A stretch of 54,897 bases of DNA, taken from a virus (taxonomy: Duplodnaviria; Caudoviricetes). The translations under genes were made by a program, and so were the position numbers. Location: IMG/VR virus record IMGVR_UViG_3300009505_000017, positions 1 through 54,897 of that record, one strand, 5' to 3'. Every line of letters begins with the position of its first letter. Position 1 is the stretch's first letter. The notes under the pieces were generated by a model, which was given only the letters and a program-made list of their open reading frames with translations, was not told the DNA's origin and did not search any database. Below are positions 1 to 6,135 of the stretch, piece by piece.

Positions 1-35
1 ACATATATTTCAATGACACAGTAGAAGACAATGGA

Positions 36-230
36 ATGCATCATTGTAAATACACTCAAGAGTATACAGACCATGATACATATTTACATGGTTGGGAAGA
101 TGATGAGTTATGTTTTGAAGAAAATGGAAGTTGTAATTGTGCTAATCCAGAGGTAAAGGAAGATCAATATATAGGGGAGTTATACTGTGACATCTGTTAT
201 CAGACTGTTCACACTCATACTACTATTTAA
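36..230 (+). CDS. Small acidic Cys-rich hypothetical protein (possible zinc ribbon)
   Basis: 64-aa ORF with CNC and CDIC Cys pairs; first of a run of tightly packed + strand ORFs. Confidence 0.6.
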   Translation: MHHCKYTQEYTDHDTYLHGWEDDELCFEENGSCNCANPEVKEDQYIGELYCDICYQTVHTHTTI

Positions 231-254
231 TAATACTAATTAAAAATAAACATT

Positions 255-506
255 ATGAGAACAAAAGATGAAGCGCACTCGGCAAAGTTTGACAAACTGT
301 TGCGAGGTAAGAAGATCAATTCATGTAGATACATGACTAGAGAAGAAGCCGACCAGTTTGGTTGGTACAAACGTCCATTGATTATAGTATTCACAGACGA
401 AAGCTATATCATATTACAATCGGACGATGAAGGTAACGAAGGAGGCGCAGCCTTGTACGAAGACATACCAAGTAAAGAGAACTATCACGTAATTTATACG
501 ATATGA
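255..506 (+). CDS. Hypothetical phage early protein
   Basis: 83-aa ORF, A-rich leader (aaataaacattATG), ATGA overlap with next ORF. Confidence 0.8.
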   Translation: MRTKDEAHSAKFDKLLRGKKINSCRYMTREEADQFGWYKRPLIIVFTDESYIILQSDDEGNEGGAALYEDIPSKENYHVIYTI

Positions 507-730
507 ATATAAACACAAAAGGAACATACATAATCGAGCAAGACCACTATGTATTAAGTATAGACTATACTTACTATTATAATACTGGCACATATGAGCA
601 ACCACCAGAAGCAGACATGGAAATAACAAGTGTCGAGCTAAACGGTATGGACATAACGGACTTCTATTGGGATTACGTTGATGACACATTACACACAGAG
701 GTGTGGGAATACGCACAAGATAATAACTAA
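503..730 (+). CDS. Highly acidic hypothetical protein
   Basis: 75 aa, about 16 D/E against one Lys; translationally coupled to the upstream ORF. Confidence 0.8.
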   Translation: MNINTKGTYIIEQDHYVLSIDYTYYYNTGTYEQPPEADMEITSVELNGMDITDFYWDYVDDTLHTEVWEYAQDNN

Positions 731-742
731 AATAAATAAACA

Positions 743-1006
743 ATGAAAGTAAGAATTTTACAACGTAGTGTATACTACAAAACGGCAGAGTTAGAGATAG
801 AAATCCCTAACGACATTGATGAGTTTGATATTCAGCAATATGTCAATGACAACGAAGACCTTTGGGTTGATGACATAGACCACAAGATAAACGAGTCTGA
901 ATTCCTCTTCGGACTTGGAATGGATAGTGGGGATTGGACAGACGATGACCAAGACTCCGAGTGGAGATACGAATGTGACGAACTAAAAATAGGAGGACAT
1001 TTATAA
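743..1006 (+). CDS. Highly acidic hypothetical protein
   Basis: 87 aa, about 25 D/E; A-rich leader. Confidence 0.8.
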   Translation: MKVRILQRSVYYKTAELEIEIPNDIDEFDIQQYVNDNEDLWVDDIDHKINESEFLFGLGMDSGDWTDDDQDSEWRYECDELKIGGHL

Positions 1007-1012
1007 TCAATT

Positions 1013-1419
1013 AAACAATTAGAAATTATGAAACTACACGATGTACCTAGAAACAGTAGAATAAGAGTAAAGACCAAAGATAAAGTGCCACCTGGCGCTC
1101 CTGAGATTGAATCAGGAGAAGAGCTTAACTTTAGATCCATAGACGGAATGTATAGCTATTGCACCAGAGACAATGGTGAGGTAGTACATTTAGCAGCATG
1201 GACAGACGTAGAAGTTGTAGTATAAAAGGCAAGATATTGCCAATTAGGGTTGACTTCTGTACAAAAAGAGCAATAGATTGCCTTTACTGTACAGCAAAGT
1301 TTTGAGTAAAGTACCTATTTTAAGTACTGTTCTCAAATTATTACTAACGACTAAAAAAGCAATCATTAATAATAATAACACACGTTAATGCGTGTAAAAA
1401 CAAACAATTAGAAATTATG
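1013..1419 (+). repeat. Exact 18-bp direct repeat AAACAATTAGAAATTATG at 1013-1030 and 1402-1419, each ending in a start codon
   Basis: Identical sequence read at both positions; a degenerate copy (aattagaaatatg) precedes the 2117 start. Confidence 0.85.
1028..1225 (+). CDS. Hypothetical protein
   Basis: 65-aa ORF starting within the 18-bp leader repeat. Confidence 0.8.
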   Translation: MKLHDVPRNSRIRVKTKDKVPPGAPEIESGEELNFRSIDGMYSYCTRDNGEVVHLAAWTDVEVVV

Positions 1420-1761
1420 GGAAGATATTATGACGGAGACATAAACGGAAAGTTTATGTTCGCAGTACAATCAAGTAGTGCAGCAGACAGATTTGGTTCA
1501 GAAGGACACAACAATTATTTAGAGTATTACTTTGACGAGGAACACCTACCTACAATAAAGGAAGAGTTGTCAATATTAAAACCTGCATGGGAGAAGGTAA
1601 CAGAGTTCTTCAAGGATAGAAACTCATGGACTACTAAACAACAAGAAGAGGCAGGAATAAGTGCTCAAGAAATGAGTGACTTTGCCGACTATCGCTTAGG
1701 TAAACAGATAGAGGAATGTATAAAAGAGGAGGGACAATGTTCGTTTCAAGCAGAGCTTTAA
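1417..1761 (+). CDS. Hypothetical phage protein
   Basis: 114-aa ORF starting within the second copy of the leader repeat. Confidence 0.85.
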   Translation: MGRYYDGDINGKFMFAVQSSSAADRFGSEGHNNYLEYYFDEEHLPTIKEELSILKPAWEKVTEFFKDRNSWTTKQQEEAGISAQEMSDFADYRLGKQIEECIKEEGQCSFQAEL

Positions 1762-2138
1762 TAGTATTGTTCACACTCATCATAGGGGTAGGTGCTACCC
1801 CTGTTGATGAGGTGTTGGTTACTGCAACAGTATATAATGCAGATCCAAGACAATGCAACGCAGACTATCTAACGACTGCGAGTGGTAAAAAGATAAACGA
1901 AAGCAACCCCCAGGGACACAGATGGATAGCTGTGTCAAGGGATCTAGAGCCATTGGGTTTTACTTTCGGAACTAAGGTATTAATAAGTAACGCAGGCGAA
2001 ATGAATGGAGTCTGGACCGTAGAAGATAGAATGAATAAAAGATGGGTACATAGGATAGATTTCCTTGTAAACAACGATATAAGATTAGGTAAATGGAATA
2101 ACGTAAAATTAGAAATATGGAGACCAAAGAAGAATTAA
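1737..2138 (+). CDS. Secreted 3D-domain (MltA-like / double-psi beta-barrel) cell-wall protein
   Basis: Hydrophobic N-terminus (RALIVLFTLIIGVGA), then VTATVY..TASG..IAVSRDL..FGTKV..VEDRM..RIDF, typical of the 3D domain; start may be 1716 or 1737. Confidence 0.8.
   Translation: MFVSSRALIVLFTLIIGVGATPVDEVLVTATVYNADPRQCNADYLTTASGKKINESNPQGHRWIAVSRDLEPLGFTFGTKVLISNAGEMNGVWTVEDRMNKRWVHRIDFLVNNDIRLGKWNNVKLEIWRPKKN
1768..1783 (+). repeat. Dispersed motif TGTTCACACTCATCAT (exact copies at 1768-1783 +, 5594-5609 +, 9181-9196 -; partial copies at 206-218 + and 17569-17580 +)
   Basis: Three exact 16-mers plus 13/16 and 12/16 contiguous matches read directly. Confidence 0.9.
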
Positions 2139-2461
2139 GAAATGGATTAGAGTTAGTTTTAGCACTTCAACTAACGTTAGAGTTAATGGACGAATATAGA
2201 TTAAAAGGATTGCCAAAGAAGTATGGTAATATGTTTAAGAACTCAATAGAGAAATCAATGTCTCAGACATACGATAGGCTTTACAAAAATGATCCAGAAT
2301 TTATGACCAACTCAATGAATATAAAGAATGAGATGATATCTTCAATAGCTTCTTTAAACGAAGTAGATGCTATTCTTTTTGGATCATTTACTCAGCACTA
2401 TATGGACAACATAGATGTTGCCAGAGAGAAAGGAACTGTGTTCTTTTCTAAACTATTATAA
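2117..2461 (+). CDS. Hypothetical protein
   Basis: 114-aa ORF overlapping the end of the 3D gene. Confidence 0.8.
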   Translation: METKEELRNGLELVLALQLTLELMDEYRLKGLPKKYGNMFKNSIEKSMSQTYDRLYKNDPEFMTNSMNIKNEMISSIASLNEVDAILFGSFTQHYMDNIDVAREKGTVFFSKLL

Positions 2462-2462
2462 G

Positions 2463-2600
2463 CCACAAGATTATTTAATCCTTAGTTGTCGCTAATGTAG
2501 GCCGCTATAATGCTTTACATGATGTTCTTGTGGTGTATTATATATGACATCATAAATTATAGTAAGACTGACAGGACGGAAAGACGCCCCTCTATTGAGG
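2463..2600 (+). ncRNA. Candidate structured RNA in intergenic region
   Basis: CCACAAGA (2463-2470) pairs with TCTTGTGG (2526-2533), enclosing smaller stems; then GACAG-GACG-GAAAGA-CGCCC and CCTC-TATT-GAGG hairpins. Confidence 0.35.
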
Positions 2601-2623
2601 TAACTTAAATAAATAAAATAGAC

Positions 2624-2776
2624 ATGACGTTACAAATTTTTACAGTCCATTTATATTACGGACAACATACAAGGTATGAAACAAAACAAACACCTTCTAT
2701 AGAAGAAGCAAGAAGGTGGGTGTCAGGAGCTGCAAAAGGTAGAATTATTAACAAGCAAAACATATATGTACAATGA
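2624..2776 (+). CDS. Small hypothetical protein (50 aa; not in supplied ORF track)
   Basis: MTLQIFTVHLYYGQHTRYETKQTPSIEEARRWVSGAAKGRIINKQNIYVQ; A-rich leader, ATGA overlap with the 2773 gene. Confidence 0.7.
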   Translation: MTLQIFTVHLYYGQHTRYETKQTPSIEEARRWVSGAAKGRIINKQNIYVQ

Positions 2777-3378
2777 ATTTACTAACACAAAACAGTAAGC
2801 TTAAAAAGACAAGTAAGAATCTTAATTTAAGGGTATTTAATTTTGGAATACCTGCATATAAATCAGCAAGTGGTAAGCTTACCTGCCCTATGGCTGACGA
2901 GTGTGTTGAGTTTTGCTATGCAAAGAAAGGTGCTTATGTATGGAGCAATGTTCAACCTGCATTCGAGAAGAGATACCAACTCAGTAAGACATTAGAATTT
3001 ATTGATGCAATGAATTCAGAGATAAAAAAGAAACGACCTGAGTATGTAAGAGTACATGATAGTGGTGACTATTATTCAAGAAGCTACTTAGCTAAGTGGA
3101 TCACGATTGCAAATGAAAATCCAAGCGTAAAATTCTACAGCTATACAAACATGGTTGACATGATTAAAAACACCAAGCTCCCTGATAACTATGACATTAT
3201 ATTTAGTGATTCTGGCAAACAAAAGCACATGATAGACCAAAGTGCTGACAGACACACTAAAATATTTAAGAGTAAGGAAGACCTGTTAAGCAAGGGGTAC
3301 GTAGATGCCTCAGACACAGACCTTTATGCAACTAAATGGTTTAACAAAACCAATAGAGTCGGTTTAATATTTCATTAA
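2773..3378 (+). CDS. Gp88-like protein (radical-SAM-like Cys cluster)
   Basis: NSKLKK..TCPMADECVEFCYAKKG and VRVHDSGDYYS..FYSYT motifs characteristic of the phage GP88 family. Confidence 0.75.
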   Translation: MNLLTQNSKLKKTSKNLNLRVFNFGIPAYKSASGKLTCPMADECVEFCYAKKGAYVWSNVQPAFEKRYQLSKTLEFIDAMNSEIKKKRPEYVRVHDSGDYYSRSYLAKWITIANENPSVKFYSYTNMVDMIKNTKLPDNYDIIFSDSGKQKHMIDQSADRHTKIFKSKEDLLSKGYVDASDTDLYATKWFNKTNRVGLIFH

Positions 3379-3392
3379 AAAACAAATAAAAG

Positions 3393-3423
3393 TTGCGTAA
3401 TAAATAAATAATTAGTAAATTTG
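3393..3423 (+). promoter_or_regulatory. Bacteroidota sigma70-type promoter (-33 TTG, -7 TAAATTTG at 3416-3423)
   Basis: Matches TAnnTTTG consensus in intergenic DNA upstream of the recombination/replication operon. Confidence 0.7.
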
Positions 3424-3447
3424 TAAAACACAATTTAATTTAAAAAC

Positions 3448-3600
3448 ATGGGAAAATCAAGCGAAGAATTTATGAAACAAAGAGAGAGGTTTGAAGAGTC
3501 AATACCTCTACTAACATCATCATTCAATTGGGATCAATACTTTTTATCCCTACACACTAACCACTTAAATAAAATCAAAAATGAAAAGGGGAATATTTAA
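3448..3600 (+). CDS. Small hypothetical protein (50 aa; not in supplied track)
   Basis: MGKSSEEFMKQRERFEES...; directly after the promoter, with A-rich leader. Confidence 0.6.
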   Translation: MGKSSEEFMKQRERFEESIPLLTSSFNWDQYFLSLHTNHLNKIKNEKGNI

Positions 3601-3892
3601 TAAATACGTTGAATTCGTATGTGAAGAATGCGGAATAACAAAAGAAGAACTTTTTACTAAAAGTAGAAAGACTAAGTTAGCAATGTCGAGGTACTTGCTT
3701 TATTCTATATGCTATCAAAGACCTATGACAATAGTACAGATTGTTGATTTAATGTCTGAGAATGACTACGATACGTCTAGAACAAATATTGAATACGGAA
3801 TAGCTAAGATAAAAGAAATGAACGATGGAGATATTAATAGTTTAATTTCAATAGCCGTAAACAATATTTCAAAAGAAGAGTCGTTATGTTAG
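3581..3892 (+). CDS. DnaA domain IV-like helix-turn-helix protein (divergent)
   Basis: VCEECGITKEELFTKSRKTKLAMSRYLLY...SRTNIEYGIAKI resembles the DnaA C-terminal pattern (..SR....AR..A.Y...H.TV.YG..KI). Confidence 0.6.
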   Translation: MKRGIFNKYVEFVCEECGITKEELFTKSRKTKLAMSRYLLYSICYQRPMTIVQIVDLMSENDYDTSRTNIEYGIAKIKEMNDGDINSLISIAVNNISKEESLC

Positions 3893-4269
3893 AAGATTCT
3901 ATGACAATTCTTTGGCAAGAGGTTAAGGATAATAGGAAATCTGTTTGTCTTAATACAAGCAGAGAAGAAGCCTACATATATAGAGGTGTTAAGTTTTCAA
4001 AGTTAGATGGAGTAACAAGAATATATAACACCACTAAAGTTGGACTTAGTTACAGAGAAGTAACTAAAGATGAGTATGATTTCTTAATTGAAAATGGATT
4101 AAAGATTGGGGTTAAAAACATTCTCCAGAACACCTATAGAGGTCAGATAGAAAGTATAAATGAAAAGATACATGGAGAAGTCAATACTCGTAACAACAAG
4201 AAGCATTATGAGTCATTGAAACAAAAAAGAGAAACATTAATAAATAAATACAGTAAACTAAACAATTAA
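3886..4269 (+). CDS. Hypothetical protein
   Basis: 127-aa ORF in operon. Confidence 0.8.
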   Translation: MLEDSMTILWQEVKDNRKSVCLNTSREEAYIYRGVKFSKLDGVTRIYNTTKVGLSYREVTKDEYDFLIENGLKIGVKNILQNTYRGQIESINEKIHGEVNTRNNKKHYESLKQKRETLINKYSKLNN

Positions 4270-4271
4270 TT

Positions 4272-4862
4272 ATGGGAGAAACAAAATCAACATTCAAAAC
4301 ATTAGCAGCGGTTAATGTTAAGGACAGAGTAGAAAAGAAAGGTAGATTCGATTACTTATCTTGGGCATATGCCTGGGCTATGATTAAAGATCAATACCCT
4401 GATGCAAATCGTAAGGTATATGAATCAGAATCCAATGAACTAAATTACTTTTCAGATGGAAGAACAGGCTATGTAAAGGTAGGTGTAACAATAAATGATG
4501 TAGAACACATTGATTATCTGCCTATTATGGGACACAACAATCAATCGTTAACATTAGATAAGATTACTTCATTCGCAGTAAACAAGACTATACAACGTAG
4601 TACAGTTAAAGCTATAGCTATGCATGGATTGGGATTATCTTTATGGGCAGGAGAAGACTTAGTAGATATCAGTGAGGCAGCACCTGCTGTTAAGCAAGAA
4701 GCTAAACCAACTCTAAAGAAGACAAGTGAGAAGTGGAATGATGTAGTTAATTACGTTAAGGCAAACAAGACAAATCCATTCGCTTCTACGATTAAAACAT
4801 TAGAGACTAAGTATATTATTTCATCAGCAATTAAAAAAGAATTAGGAGTTTATGTCAAGTAA
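4272..4862 (+). CDS. Single-strand annealing recombinase, Sak/Rad52-like (DUF1071 type)
   Basis: YLSWAYAW, LPIMGHNN, NKTIQRSTVKAIAMHGLGLSLWAGEDL motifs; next to exonuclease and SSB. Confidence 0.85.
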   Translation: MGETKSTFKTLAAVNVKDRVEKKGRFDYLSWAYAWAMIKDQYPDANRKVYESESNELNYFSDGRTGYVKVGVTINDVEHIDYLPIMGHNNQSLTLDKITSFAVNKTIQRSTVKAIAMHGLGLSLWAGEDLVDISEAAPAVKQEAKPTLKKTSEKWNDVVNYVKANKTNPFASTIKTLETKYIISSAIKKELGVYVK

Positions 4863-5589
4863 TATAATAGAGTCGCTAAGAGACGACTCAAAGTACTATG
4901 GTGACTTTGGTAAAAAGTATCTATCTAATTCAGATATCTATAGTTTACTAAACAATCCTAAGAACTTCAGGATTAGCCAAAAGGGATTACCTTTATTAAA
5001 AGGTGGTTACTTTCACACAGCTATGTTAGAGCCACAGAAGATAGGAGACTATCCTGTTATAGATGCTTCAACAAGAAGCACTAAAGCTTTCAAAGAACAT
5101 ATATTAGAGAACAATTTAGATCCATATGACGTCTTACTATCTAAGGAGGTAGATGAGATAACAACATGGGTTAATGCAATGAAATCTAACTTCGTAATGT
5201 ATAGCGACATATATGCTCAAGGTAATATATACGAACAACCTGCAATTGCTACCATATTTGGAATAGAGTGGAAAGGTAAGGCAGATATAGTTACAGCTGA
5301 TAAAGTTATAGACATCAAGACCACAGGTAACATAGATAAGTTTAAGTGGAGTGCAAATGATTATAACTATGATAGCCAGGCTTATATATACGAGCAGCTA
5401 TTCGGTAAGCCAGTTGAATTCTATATAATAGACAAGACCACATTGAAACTAAAGATAGCTAAACCATCAGAAGAAACGCTACTAAGGGGTCGTGATAAGG
5501 TTTTAAGAGCTATAGAAGTATATAATAAGTTCTTTGCTGAGGGCTCAGTAGAGGACGTTACACAGTACATAGAGTATGAACAGTTTTAG
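4852..5589 (+). CDS. PD-(D/E)XK RecE-like exonuclease (DUF3799 type)
   Basis: LSNSDI, G..FHTAMLEP, KGKADIV..IDIKTT, YNYDSQAYIY motifs. Confidence 0.85.
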   Translation: MSSNIIESLRDDSKYYGDFGKKYLSNSDIYSLLNNPKNFRISQKGLPLLKGGYFHTAMLEPQKIGDYPVIDASTRSTKAFKEHILENNLDPYDVLLSKEVDEITTWVNAMKSNFVMYSDIYAQGNIYEQPAIATIFGIEWKGKADIVTADKVIDIKTTGNIDKFKWSANDYNYDSQAYIYEQLFGKPVEFYIIDKTTLKLKIAKPSEETLLRGRDKVLRAIEVYNKFFAEGSVEDVTQYIEYEQF

Positions 5590-5656
5590 TATTTGTTCAC
5601 ACTCATCATCGGCAGCAAACGTCATTTAGTGCCGATATATAGATTATCATTTTAAA

Positions 5657-5687
5657 GGAGTCAGCGGTGCTTCTCCAACTAAGCACC
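5657..5687 (+). promoter_or_regulatory. Predicted H-type pseudoknot in the ssb leader
   Basis: GGAG (5657-60) pairs with CTCC (5673-76); GGTGCTT (5666-72) pairs with AAGCACC (5681-87). Confidence 0.5.
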
Positions 5688-5705
5688 CATTAAATACCAT
5701 TAATT

Positions 5706-5981
5706 ATGTCAAACGACAAAATATTTGCAGACGGATTTATCTTCAAGAGAAGAGAGAACGCACCAGAATTTGTAATCGGCAACATCAGCGTAAAAGTTCA
5801 AGATGCTGTTGCTTTTTTACATGAAAACCAAAAAAATGGATGGGTTAACCTAAATGTACTTAACAGTCAGGCAGGTAAACCATACATTGAACTTGACACT
5901 TTTGTACCCAAGAAGAAGGATAATGGAGTGGACACAGCACCTAACCAAGCACCTGTACAAGAGGCAGATTTACCCTTCTAA
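5706..5981 (+). CDS. ssb: Single-stranded DNA-binding protein (short phage type)
   Basis: 91 aa, beta-rich core, flexible tail ending QEADLPF; follows SSAP and exonuclease. Confidence 0.7.
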   Translation: MSNDKIFADGFIFKRRENAPEFVIGNISVKVQDAVAFLHENQKNGWVNLNVLNSQAGKPYIELDTFVPKKKDNGVDTAPNQAPVQEADLPF

Positions 5982-5996
5982 TTAACTAACTAAAAG

Positions 5997-6032
5997 AAGA
6001 CAAGGGGTTTAATTACCCCTTGTTTTTTCTTT
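5997..6032 (+). terminator. Intrinsic terminator after ssb
   Basis: AAGACAAGGGGT-TTAATT-ACCCCTTGTTTT stem followed by further Ts. Confidence 0.85.
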
Positions 6033-6135
6033 AGTAAATGTTGAAAATGTTAATTTTTTCCCTTAGAAATGGGAAATAAAAAAAATAAAATTAAATAAAC
6101 GCTATAAAGATATATAGAACTATAAAATCAACATA

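Noticed and set aside
2565-2600. Hammerhead ribozyme (CTGA..GAAA)
   Set aside because: Core reads CTGACAG rather than CTGANGA, and the required three stems and cleavage triplet could not be built
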